Positions 41,421 to 52,442 are shown, numbered from the whole stretch's first letter. The stretch: 63,936 nt of DNA, filler included, from Octopus bimaculoides (GCF_001194135.2; 5 parts of 5 records of this genome joined end to end with filler, not necessarily neighbours in it); one strand, 5' to 3'. A program made the numbers and translations. The notes: generated by a model from the sequence alone, not told the origin.

Positions 41421-41815
41421 GGCGTAGGAGTGGCTGTGTGGTAAGTAGCTTGCTTACCAACCACATGGTTCCGGGTTCAGTCCCACTGCGTGGCATCTTG
41501 GGAAAGTGTCTTCTACTATAGCCTCGGGACGACGAAAGCCTTGTGAGTGGATTTGGTAGACGGAAACTGAAAAGAAGCCTGTCGTATATATGTATATATA
41601 TGTGTGTGTCTGTGTGTGTCTGTGTTTGTCCCCCAACATCGCTTGACAACCGATGCTGGTGTGTTTACGTCCCAGTAACCTAGCGGTTCGGCATAAGAGA
41701 CCGATAGAATAAGTAATAGGCTTCCAAAGAATAAGTCCTGGGGTCGATTTGATCGACTAAAGGTGGTGCTCCAGCATGGCCACAGTAAAAAGACTGAAAC
41801 AAGTAAAAGACTAAA
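41421..41815 (+). mobile_element. Full-length tRNA-derived SINE, family B (internal microsatellite, GTAAAAGA-type tail)
   Basis: A-box-like TGGCTGTGTGGT and B-box-like GGTTCAGTCCC; near-identical copies elsewhere in the window. Confidence 0.85.
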
Positions 41816-42938
41816 GGTCAGCAATTTTGGGACAAGGGTCAAGTTGATTACATCGACCTCAGTGCTCTACTGGTACTTATTTTATCGATCCTGAAACGAT
41901 GAAAGGCAAAGTCTACCATGGCAGAATTTGAACTTAGAATGTAGAGGTGGACGTGATGCTGCTATGCATTTCTATCGGCATACTTAATGATTCTGCCAGC
42001 TCGCCGCTTCGTAAATGTATTAAGACATTATTGCACAGAAGAAAATGTTATTAAATATACAGGAAAATATAATTACATTAATCGTGGAATGTATAATTAT
42101 AGGTATTAAAGCAACAAGTTAAAATGTAATCTGACCTTTTAATGTCTTTTTATTTTATTTTTTTGGATTAAGAATACCAGAATAAATATTTATAATGTTA
42201 TTAATTTATTTTGGAAGAAGACTAGCAATTTTGAATTGGAGCGGGTGGGGTCGTTTACATCGAGAGTCTTTCTGGTACTTTATTTTATTGATCCCGAAAG
42301 AATAAAACGCAAAGTTGACCTCGGCGAAATGTGAACGCAGAACGTAAGAAGCCCGAAGAAATATCGCTAAGTGTTTTGTCTGACGCGCTCACGATTCTGC
42401 TATCCCGCCGCCTTAAGTAATGTAATTAATTTAAAATGCAATTTTTAATGTAAAATTCAAACTTCTTCCAGAATCTCTACATCAATCGTTTTTGCCTTGG
42501 ACAAAAAGATATACTAATGTATCAAGTCTTCGTTTTGCAACACTCTTCAGTGAACTAGTGAACTTACGCCAATGCAAGCTGAATCCATTAACTGTCTCCT
42601 ATCTTGTTCGTCCGTCAGAGCGACGAGAACCATGTAGTCATCCTAGGACCACTGATGACCTGTATGATTATTTTGTTTAGAATGAAAAAGAGTTGGCCAC
42701 AGTCAACCATACCCTCACGTCCGTGACCATCCAATTTCAAGACCAGGTCAAGAAGACAGGAAACGGAAGTGGATGCAGTGAGTGATCGAGACGTCGTATT
42801 TGTCTCGTTTTACTCACTCCAGTCCACAATACTTTTGCTGCAGCCATCTTCTTCTCCGTTGAAACTTGAAGATTTCTTCGCAGAGTCCACCGGATTCAGT
42901 CTTCACATGTATAGGTGGCCAAACCCTAATATGCTAAT

Positions 42939-43018
42939 ATGCTAATTAACTCATATGCTAATTAACTCATATGCTAATTAACTCATATGCTAATTAACTC
43001 ATATACTAATTAATTCAT
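42939..43018. repeat. 5 x 16-bp tandem repeat
   Basis: (ATGCTAATTAACTCAT)4 plus one copy with two mismatches. Confidence 0.95.
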
Positions 43019-44211
43019 AGCTGGGAACACTAGTGGCTAAGAGATGGTTGGTTCCAAATTCCTCATAACCATGGAACTCCCGAACCAGGGACCCTCTACA
43101 GTTTAAAGTTACAGCTAGGAGGACATACTGTCTTCTTTACCATCGCTACATCCTTTACTTTTTCAACGATGTTGACTATTGCTTTTCTGAAAAGAAGATT
43201 TATTCGATATAGTCACCATTCTCCAGCAATTACTCCTATTCTGACACGACTATGATTCCTCTAAACTCCAGAACTGTTAATAATCGTCGTTTTATTATGC
43301 AAATTTCCAGTCTTTGTGAATTTAAAACATTAACAGTTGTCTTGTATCTTTACTTCTTCAACCTGAAGAGTTTAAAAGTACAGCGAACCCGCCTCGGAAT
43401 TAAGTAATAAAAAAGAAGTATAGCCTTTTACTAAAAGATATAGTATTCGATTCGTTACGAAATAGCCTTAATTCTCTCGCTGTTTTGTTGAACATTGTAA
43501 GAAAAATATTTTTAAACCAGACAGTCAGTAAAAGGCTATAGTACTTTTATTATCTATTTCTGAAAAGGAGACACCGTGCTTTTAAACTTATCTATAAAGC
43601 AAGATTCGTTCTGCATCAAGTAGAATTTCAAGCCGGCCATTTTGTGTAACTAGGATTTTGTTTATGTTACGCAGCGAAAATATGTGACTAAATGTGTTTG
43701 TTTAGTTCTAAATTTGCGCGTAGAGTTGCTTCTTTCAGCTTATAGATACTTTTGTTAGTGTATTATTCAAAGTTGAATTATTTTCTTTCAGTTTTTATCT
43801 TTGATTGACATTTATACTTATTGTGTTGTTTGCGGGGATTTTTCTGTGTATTCTATTGCACGTTTGGGCTGTGTTTATGTATGTTTATTTATTTATGTAT
43901 GTTTAGGTTAATTATTTAGATTTGAACGACTTTCTTCAGTCTCATATTATTTCTGACGTGAAAAATTGGATTGACTCTTGCCCGTTGAATTCTCTTTTTA
44001 ATTTTCGTAGCTTAGTTTTCAGGTCAGGGGTTGTCGACAGTCGATAGTTGCGCAATCCTATTAGGAAAGACATTCTAGCCGTGACCATTCACTAATGTCA
44101 GATATACTTTAATCCAGATTACATTCACCAACGTGTTCTTTTTTTTTTTTAAGTGGGGTAGGTTTGATAGCAAGTCAAAGATTTGATAGCAAGTCAATCA
44201 ATGACATAGAG

Positions 44212-44311
44212 NNNNNNNNNNNNNNNNNNNNNNNNNNNNNNNNNNNNNNNNNNNNTTAATTAATTAANNNNNNNNNNNNNNNNNNNNNNNNNNNNNNNNN
44301 NNNNNNNNNNN
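44212..44311. other. Artificial scaffold spacer
   Basis: Same layout; 12-mer at 44256-44267. Confidence 0.95.
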
Positions 44312-44321
44312 TCTATCATGG

Positions 44322-44361
<40 letters not shown>

Positions 44362-44559
44362 CAAAGAGGCATGACTTTAATGCTAGTCTAATGAAGTGCC
44401 ACTATTCCATAATTTTTCACACATAATCAATTACATGCAATTTGGTTGAAAATGGAGTGGGACAAGAACAGTTGCAATGAATATTAAAGTTGTGTTAATA
44501 GATTCTTAATTTTTTCCTCATTTTATTTGTTACTCTTGAAATACTTGCCCAGTAGTTTT

Positions 44560-45355
44560 ATCAGTAAGGCACCTGGGGTTCTTGCACCAGTGGGCTTGTA
44601 AAGTTTTTAAGTCCCAGAATGATATAATAAATAGCCAATGTTCTGTCAAGTGCTGCATTAGAAATACACAGAGTTACTACCGAATCCAGCCCCACACTAT
44701 ATATCCATATATCCATTTTCTCCGCCCATTTTACCTAGGAGGATCATGGGGTCTTATCAGAAGCAACCATCATTACACTTTCTGGCTGGATTCCCAAGTG
44801 TGGCCAACTGAGACAATGAATATTATCCTACCATCTTGTTCTTAGTCTATCTCTAGGTTAGTTGGCTAAGCATAAAAAACCTGTCTTACGATTCTTTCCT
44901 GCAACATTCTAATCATGTGTCCATAACATTGGAGCTGTGACCTCTCAATCTAGAAAGACTCCTTGACTTCTGAGTTATGTACCCTGTTGAGTAATGGTAT
45001 GCCAGAGATCCTTCAGAGGAACTCCATATTCGTAATTGTACTCTTTTGGTTATTACCCAACATTCATGACCACAGGTAAGGATAGGTGTGGAAACAGAAT
45101 TGAAGATATCAAGTTTGGCATTTTTACCAACCTTCTCTCTCCTGAGAATCTTCTGAGTATAAAATGCTGGAGCTGGTATGTTACCGTGTCAATACCAGCA
45201 ATTCTAGCATGCAATTCAGCTACCTACTTCCCACCACTCATGAATATGGCGCCAAAATTCTTAAACTTCTCCACTTGCTTCAGTGATGTTCATCTAACAT
45301 GCACTGGGAAAACTTTCTTCACAACATTAATTCTCATCTCTGCTTTGCTGTACTA
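44560..45355 (-). mobile_element. RTE-clade LINE fragment (RT C-terminal region)
   Basis: Frameshifted peptides LKQVEKFKNFGAIFMSGG and KNAKLDIFNSVSTPILTCGHECWVITKRV are typical of the RTE RT C-terminus. Confidence 0.75.
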
Positions 45356-46777
45356 GGCAGCAAACGGATTCAATGCATGCGGATTCCATGCAAACGGATT
45401 CCATGTCATTTACACTATATATCTTTTACTTGTTTCAGTCATTAAATTGAGGATAGTTGAATGAATGGACTAATACCTTTTTTTTCTATCGGTTTCTGTT
45501 GCTGAACTGATGAGTTACGGAGGTGTAGACGAAACTATAGAAGACACTTGGCCAAGGTGCCACGCAGTGGGATTGAAACTGGAACCATGTAGCTGGGAAG
45601 CAAGCATCTCACCACACAACTACGCTTGCGCCTCTACACACACCTGCTATACTTTACTTAAAAATATAAATCAATAATTTGTTTTCAATTGAAATTTGCG
45701 AGACGAAATTAAAATATTTCTATTTCTATCATTGCAGAATGTCAGTAATATAACAAGTGGAAGAAATGGTATGGATTATATCGTGTGCAGTGGCTTAGCT
45801 GGCAGTTTCTGTTGTTTTTTTTTTTTTTTTCCTCAGCCCAGGAAACACGGAATGTGAAGTCGACCCCTACGACAATTTAAATTCAGAATTTAGAGAGAGG
45901 GGTACGTAACTAAATACCACAAGGCATTTTGTAAGACACTTTATCAATTTGACCATTAGCCACATCACCCTCCTCCCATTTTAGTCTCTCTGTATATATA
46001 AAGACAGAGAGAGAAAGAAAGAGACGTACATACATATTGTTTGTTTCGGGCGCGCCAAAATTTATGGCTTATGAAAGAAGTAACAGGCTATATAGCTTTT
46101 AATATTCATTTTACACTGTTACTGCTAGTAATAATGGCTTTATTGTTTGCAGGGCTTTGGTGTACTACAACTTGTTAGAAAACGTACAAAGTAAGGGCAG
46201 AAAGCAGTGACGGAGGTAAAGAATATGCACCCCACCCATTTTCGACGTAACCTAGCCCTAGACCTTAAACACCGGGTGTGCGTATTATTTACCTTGGTCA
46301 AAACAGTAATGTAAAGTACATAGGAAAATAGAAAAATGAATGATAAATGTGCTATAATCACGAAAAGTACATAGGCACGTCAGGTCTATCTATCTATCCA
46401 TTTATCTATCTATCTATATATAAACATAATTAAGGGATCAGCAAATATTTGCTTCACCATATACCGAAGTTCAGAAATAGCAGCTAAAAAAGCTGAGAAT
46501 TGCACAGATATGTGGGATTCTCAGCTTTTTTAGCTGCTATTTCTGAACTTTGGTATATGGTGAAGCAAATATTTGCTGATCCCTTAATTATGTTTATAAA
46601 TATATATGAGCTTTTAAATAAGTTCTCCACCAATAATGGTGCTTTCATANNNNNNNNNNNNNNNNNNNNNNCGATGGGCTTGGTAAAAATTATTAATTGT
46701 TAATTGATTTATTAATTAATAAATTGATAATCCTTTACCCTTTTAATTTGTAATAATTCTCTCTATCTCTCTCTCTC

Positions 46778-46822
<45 letters not shown>

Positions 46823-47234
46823 CACACACACACACGAATGGAATAAACATCTCTCACCTCACTTCACTTATCTATTCAATGTATGTACACACACACACAC
46901 ACAGCAGAAAAAGAAATGAGGTGTATATTTCCAAAAAGTGTAGAAAATAAGCTCACGAAATTAGGATATAACTCCTACAGGTACGTGGCTGGATTTAGTT
47001 GTTCAAACTTTTTTTTTACCATAATAAAAAAAAAACACCCTTACACTCACTTTCTCATTCACTCAGTCCTCTTCCTTTCTCCACTTAGTATATGAAATAA
47101 ATAAAGTCTTCACTTAAGGTGAAGCTTCTGAGTAATTATCCGATCTGTTATATCAAAACCTTACCGACTTAAATTAAAGAATAGATCTTTAAATATGTTT
47201 TTCAACATACCTTTAAGCAAATAAAGGGTAGGAC

Positions 47235-47630
47235 ATTCCTATAGAATAGAGTCGGAAATTTTCCAGTGCGCCAAAGGATTAAAAAAAGAATTCCTGTGAG
47301 TTTGATAGTTTTAAGTCTTGTAGCAAACGAATAGGCACCCCCACCCTATTTTTGGCAGGTGAGAGTGATTTTTCCTCCGTAAATTTTTTTTATCTGGTCT
47401 TTTGTAACGCTTTTTTAAAAAATATGTCACGCATTATTTTGAAGAATCCTTTCAAATGCTTAAAACATATATTAAAAAGAAAATCATCACTGAATAATTA
47501 ATGGGGTCGGTGTTAACTCTCTACCCACCTTTTTTCTGATTCGTAATTTCTGATGCTTAATCTGTTCGAAGAAATCACGATTTATGGTGCATAGTGCACT
47601 CGATAACTTCCAACTCTATTCTGCAGGAAT
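47235..47630. mobile_element. Degenerate MITE-like element (~38-bp inverted termini)
   Basis: ATTCCTATAGAATAGAGTCGGAAATTTTCCAGTGCGCC versus the reverse complement of 47593-47630, ATTCCTGCAGAATAGAGTTGGAAGTTATCGAGTGCACT. No TSD recognised. Confidence 0.5.
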
Positions 47631-48156
47631 ACTTAGAACAGTCATAGAAGTTAGTTCCATATATCTACATAAGAATGCCCCCACCATCGACTTTATTTCC
47701 TTACAATTTTCACAAAAATGAAGATTTTTTATGACATCTGAAAGAATTCCGATGGTGTAGCTTAGGATGTATTGAACTTTAATGTGAGAAACAAAACAGA
47801 AATTTGTGAGCGCGCATAAATTCACACACAAATACACACACACATTAAAACTTAAAATATTGGGAAAATAGTTGTGTCAGAACGTGTGTGCGCCCACTAA
47901 CTTGTTTTCTCGTTTTTTCCACATTAAAATAATAGTTAATCTAGAAAATTTTATTAGGAAAATATTCATTTTTCTGAAAGTTATGTGCAGAAACAAAGTT
48001 GAGGCGGGGGATGGGTACACACTTGGGTAAGTATACCTATATTTCATCATAGGTCTTGCTCAATCACCTCTGACTTGGGGCTCATCGGCAACAATTATAC
48101 ATCACCACCACCACCCATACTCCATTGCACACCTCTTCACATCAGTCGCCACTTAC

Positions 48157-48329
48157 CTGAAACATTGTTTATGAAAAATAACATCATGAACAGGGCCAGC
48201 TCTCTCGTATTGGTAGACAATATTATCACATCGGAAACATTTACTCCTCTCCTGGATAGGCTGGAATATATGGGATAAATTCTGAAATCTTCTCTCCACT
48301 TGACCATTTTTATCGTCCTCTATCGACAT
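48157..48329 (-). CDS. Coding exon of a LIM-domain protein (first half of a LIM zinc finger; hillarin/LTD-1-like N-terminus suspected)
   Basis: Translates MSIEDDKNGQVERRFQNLSHIFQPIQERSKCFRCDNIVYQYERAGPVHDVIFHKQCFR = C-x2-C-x18-H-x2-C-x2, cut off exactly at a canonical donor TTCAG|GTAAGT (intron starts 48156, phase 2). ATG at 48329 has G at -3 and an in-frame TAG 11 codons upstream. Candidate acceptors lie at 48333-48332 and 48353-48352. Resemblance to Drosophila hillarin (CLRCSETVYQVDRVGPLKDFTFFHSGCFKC) is from memory, not a search. Confidence 0.75.
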
Positions 48330-49309
48330 GACTGTCCGTTGGAGAAACACACTAGGAAACTATTCACCACTAACAACAATGCATAGGCTATGTTATTGTT
48401 GTGAATTATTATTAGCAGTAACAATGTTAGTTGTGATATTCCTTTGTTGACTCTTGCTCTGGACTTCGTCTGTCTATATCACCCTCTTCCTCTGTCTCTC
48501 TCTCTCTGTCAACCTTTCTCTCTTTCTTTCTCACTATCCCAGTTAATGTCTTCTTGTTTTCCTTCTCTCTTTCCTTTTTCTCCCTCTTTCTTACTGCTCC
48601 AGTCAATATCTTCTTGCTTTCTCTCTCCACAAGGAAAGTTTAGACCAGAAACGTGTTCGTGTTTGTGTGTGTGAAAATCTGAAAGTTTAAGTTCAGAAGA
48701 GTGTGTGTGTGTGTGTGTGTGTATAGAAGAGTGTAAGAGAGAATGAGAGAAGGCGTGTGTGTGTGTGTGTGTGCATATGTATGTTTGTACAATACAAGAA
48801 CTGTCAAAAAAACCAATACGAAACTTGTTTACTCTCCCTCGATTAAAAAAACTTCACTCACACACATACATGTGCACACACTGTCACAGGTGGTCACACC
48901 AATACATAAGCAGTTAGTCTCTAATTCTCCTTCTCCTTTACTTTCTCTTTCTTTCTCTCTCTCCTTCTCTCATACACACACGCGCGCTCTCCTCTCGTAC
49001 ATAAACATACTCTCTCATACATAAAAACATTTACACATGCTCGCGCTCCTCTCTCTCTCTCTCTCCCCTCTCTCTCTCTTATTCTTATCTAAACACACGC
49101 ACATACATGCTAATGTGAGAGCTTACGTATACATATTACATACTTACTATCGATGCGTTTAACTCTTCAGTAATTTACACTCTGCCTGGATTTGACCAGC
49201 TATTCCAACCAGTTTACATGTCCATCTCTATAGATTCAACTTTCGGCTGAGTTTCGGATCAGAAACACTCACATAAGTTGGATCTTTTCTGTTTTGACGA
49301 AGATTTTTC

Positions 49310-49813
49310 GGTAATTTTTCAGATTAACACCCGCACGATCTTCTCTAGAGTGTTAGGCTTAAGGTTATAGGGTCAGGGTTAGGATTTTAGGGTTAGGGTT
49401 AGTGTTTAGGGTGGTAATTTTTCAGATTAACACCCGCACGATTTTCACTAGGGTGTTACGGTTAGGGTTTTAGGGTCAGGGTTAGGGTTTTAGGGTTAGG
49501 ATTAGGGTTAGGGTTAAGGTTTAGGGTTACGTTTTAGGGTCAGGGTTAGGGTTTAGGGTTAGGGTTAGAATTAGGGTAAGGATTAGGGTTAGGTCTAGGA
49601 TTTTAGAGTTAGGGTTAGGTAATCGTGCGGGTGTTAATCTGAAAAATTACCTTTAGGGTTACGGTTAGGGACGGAATTCCCTAACCCAAACGCTTAAACC
49701 CTAACCCTAACACCGTAACCCTAACCCTAATCCTAACCCTAAAATCCTAACCCTGACCCTAAAACCCTAAGACCCTAGTGAAGATCGTACGGGTGTTAAT
49801 TTGAAAAATTACC
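49310..49813. mobile_element. Non-autonomous TIR element carrying telomere-like (TTAGGG)n/(CCCTAA)n arms; Merlin-like termini
   Basis: Left end GGTAATTTTTCAGATTAACACCCGCACGATCTTC; right end reverse-complemented GGTAATTTTTCAAATTAACACCCGTACGATCTTC. Flanked by the 8-bp direct repeat GATTTTTC (49302-49309, 49814-49821). GGNRM termini plus an 8-bp TSD match Merlin/IS1016 hallmarks; hAT and P also make 8-bp TSDs. Confidence 0.8.
49413..49651. mobile_element. Second copy of the same TTAGGG-carrying TIR element nested inside the first
   Basis: Perfect 31-bp inverted repeats GGTAATTTTTCAGATTAACACCCGCACGATT (49413-49443) and its reverse complement (49621-49651). Flanked by the 8-bp direct repeat TTTAGGGT (49405-49412, 49652-49659). 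Interior is a degenerate TTAGGG array. Confidence 0.8.
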
Positions 49814-50668
49814 GATTTTTCCTTTCTTCAGCACGTCTTGCAATATGTTTGGGTGGAGGTGGGGGCATCTTTTTATGAAGAAAATTTCTGACGATTTTAT
49901 TTTCACCTCACCCCTTCCCTCACCACCCTTTCCTGACCGATCCTGGCCAATTGTTTTGGCACTACGTACTTAAAAACCATTAGAAAAGTGGAAAAAAATC
50001 ACAAATTTTCAAAACTTTTCTTTCATAAAAGGATGACAACCCTCACCACCACCACCACCACCACCACCATTCAGAAGGCTAATGATGAAAAAATATATTG
50101 AAAAAATCCTCGTCAAAACAGAGAAAATCCAACTAATGTGAGCGTCCTGATCCGAAACTTTGCCTAACTTTCCTCCTCAGAGCGTTTGTCTTGTAATTCC
50201 ATTTGCACCTAGGACGCATTGTAGGAATAAGAAAAAAATACTGATTGAAAAAAAAAAGAAGACAGCGTCAGTACTTAACTGAGTCTTTATTTTATCAACT
50301 CTGGATGGATGAAAGACAAAGTTGACAGCAGCAAGATTTGAACTCAGAACATAAAATTTTATGTAGCTAAATGACGTCAGGTATTTTATCCGATGCACCA
50401 ACGATTCTTCCATCTATACATATATGCTTACACTTAGGTAGCAATACACACATACATAAAAGATATTCCATACATGATGAAAGTCGGCTCGTGACTGAGT
50501 AACAGTCACTACTCAATGCAAGAGTCCAGGAAGTTCTTTTGTTTTGAGTGGATAGTGTTGCAAAGCACTGAGCCCACTTTTCAGCACAAACAACTTTAAC
50601 ATCGGTGGCACAAGAGAAGCTTAGAAGATCAGAAACTAATTACACTTTGCTTTTTTTATGAGTTTACC

Positions 50669-51073
50669 TTACTCTTACTCTTTTACTCTTTTACTTGTTT
50701 CAGTCATTTGACTGCGGCCACGCTGGAGCACCGCCTTTAGTCGAGCAAATCGACCCCGGGACTTATTCTTTGTAAGCCTAGTACTTATTCTATCGGTCTT
50801 TTTTGCCGAACCGCTAAGTTACGGGGACGTAAACACACCAGCATCGTTTGTCAAGCAATGCTAGGGGGACAAACACTGACACACAAACACATACACATAC
50901 ATATACACACACATACGACGGGCTTTTTTCAGTTTTCGTCTGCCAAATCCACTCACAAGGCTTTGGTCGGCCCGAGGCTATAGTAGAAGACATTTGCCCA
51001 AGGTGCCATGCAGTGGGACTGAACCTGGAACCATGTGGTTGGTAAGCAAGCTACTTACCACACAGCCACTCCT
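50669..51073 (-). mobile_element. Full-length SINE, family B
   Basis: Reverse-complement match to 41421-41815 including the repeated tail. Confidence 0.85.
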
Positions 51074-51477
51074 GTTTCTAAAAGTTTTATGTGCCAGTCC
51101 CCTTACAGTTTTTTCGATGATTCGTGGTCCCCTATAAAATGCAGGATAATCAACATGGAAAAAAAAATGACATACATTCGTGTACCGTAAATTCTGGACT
51201 ATGAACTGCACTGCCCATAGATCCGCAACCCCGAAAACCACAACTTAATCCAGACAATGCCCATTGGGATACAATAAAAAGCACATGAAAATATGGGGAA
51301 CCAGTTGATCAATTGATTACAAAACAAATGAGAAACGAAAAATACCGATGGCACATGCACAATCAACCATTATATCTACATATTTTAAACTTAACTGTCT
51401 CAAGCCACAATACTGCAGCATCTGTTCATGGTCTCCCTAAAATCACTTCACAGCCCCCTACAGTTTTAGAACCACTG
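51074..51477. mobile_element. Probable hAT/Charlie-type MITE remnant
   Basis: Right end reverse-complements to CAGTGGTTCTAAAAC, a Charlie-like terminus. Left end CTGTTTCTAAAAGTT abuts a SINE. A similar CAGTGGTTCTCAACC terminus occurs near 14843. Confidence 0.4.
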
Positions 51478-52442
51478 TCCTAGAAGGAAGTTCTAATGTA
51501 AACTAAGGGTTTTTATCTCCCAGTTGTCAATATACTAGTTAACTCATTGCTAGGGCCCTGACAAGTGCTACTACACTGGGTCAGAGTAAACCTGGGAACA
51601 ATGAGTGGTTAAGGAGTGGTTCTATACTCCTCAAAACTCTGAAACTTCTGAACCAGGGATCCATTATTGGACACAGTTTAAAGTTGAAGCGTGGATTAAA
51701 ACCCTGACTGCTAGGTACTCAGTTAGGTGACACAAGTAAGCCAGCACAGTTACACGTGATTGATCTATAAATCGACCAATCAGCATGAAGCTGTGGCGTG
51801 ATATGGCTTTCTTGAATGTTCTGAAATTCACCCTTTTGTCCCCAATAAAACCAATCTGGCACTTAACTCGTGGTAGATGATTGAGGACAGCCGACTGATT
51901 CACATACCCCACCTCATTCCATGTAGTCCACTCATAGACCAGACGGTCTATGGATCATCTCGGACTTTTGTGTAGACAACTCCCGACACTTGGACACACA
52001 TGATGTCACACAGACAGCTTTCTATATTCACTGAGCAGTTTTCCTCTCCACCCAGTTGGTAATTATTAATTTGTTCATTGTAAATAACCACACCAACTAA
52101 CATTATATCCGGCAAAAAATATTTTGATTAAATGTCCATGAGTTTGCTTCAGTTTTTATTCATGCAACCACCAACGAGATCCATATATAGTCTACAATAA
52201 TGATAAATAAGCCATCCACTTCAACAATGGTAACTCAAACATTTGAAGTGTATTGTCATTGACAAGAAAGCCACGAATCTTTAATTGTTTTCCATACTTA
52301 CAGTTGAAAAAGTCTCAATGACTGAAACCGGTACTAAAATGTTTTTTATAAAATTATTTTAGCATTTTCTACCTTGACTTTTTCTCACATATATATATAT
52401 ATATATATATAAAATAATAATAATAATAATAATAATAATAAT

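Larger units (their letters stand above)
49245..50164. mobile_element. Older MITE (host of the TTAGGG element) with ~65-bp inverted arms
   Basis: 49245-49309 GGCTGAGTTTCGGATCAGAAACACTCACATAAGTTGGATCTTTTCTGTTTTGACGAAGATTTTTC is mirrored by 50101-50164 (AAAAAATCCTCGTCAAAACAGAGAAAATCCAACTAATGTGAGCGTCCTGATCCGAAACTTTGCC). TSD not resolvable. Confidence 0.65.

Noticed and set aside
42480-42680. Minus-strand exon bounded by CAG (42660) and GTAAGT (42567)
   Set aside because: Stops in all three frames and a purine-rich acceptor.
45507-45535. Hammerhead-like core CTGATGA...GAAAC
   Set aside because: Stems I and III and a valid cleavage triplet cannot be built; the motif arises at a deletion junction in a family-B SINE.
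47700-47750. Minus-strand acceptor CTTTCAG|ATGT as exon 2 of the LIM gene
   Set aside because: Phase fits and gives the first Cys, but it reads RCHKKSSFL* with no further zinc ligands.
49260-49280. Minus-strand donor TAT|GTGAGT as an upstream UTR exon of the LIM gene
   Set aside because: It lies within the MITE arm and is mirrored at ~50137, so it is explained by the repeat.
49310-49813. True telomere or chromosome end
   Set aside because: Repeats are degenerate, internal, in both orientations and bracketed by TIRs and TSDs.
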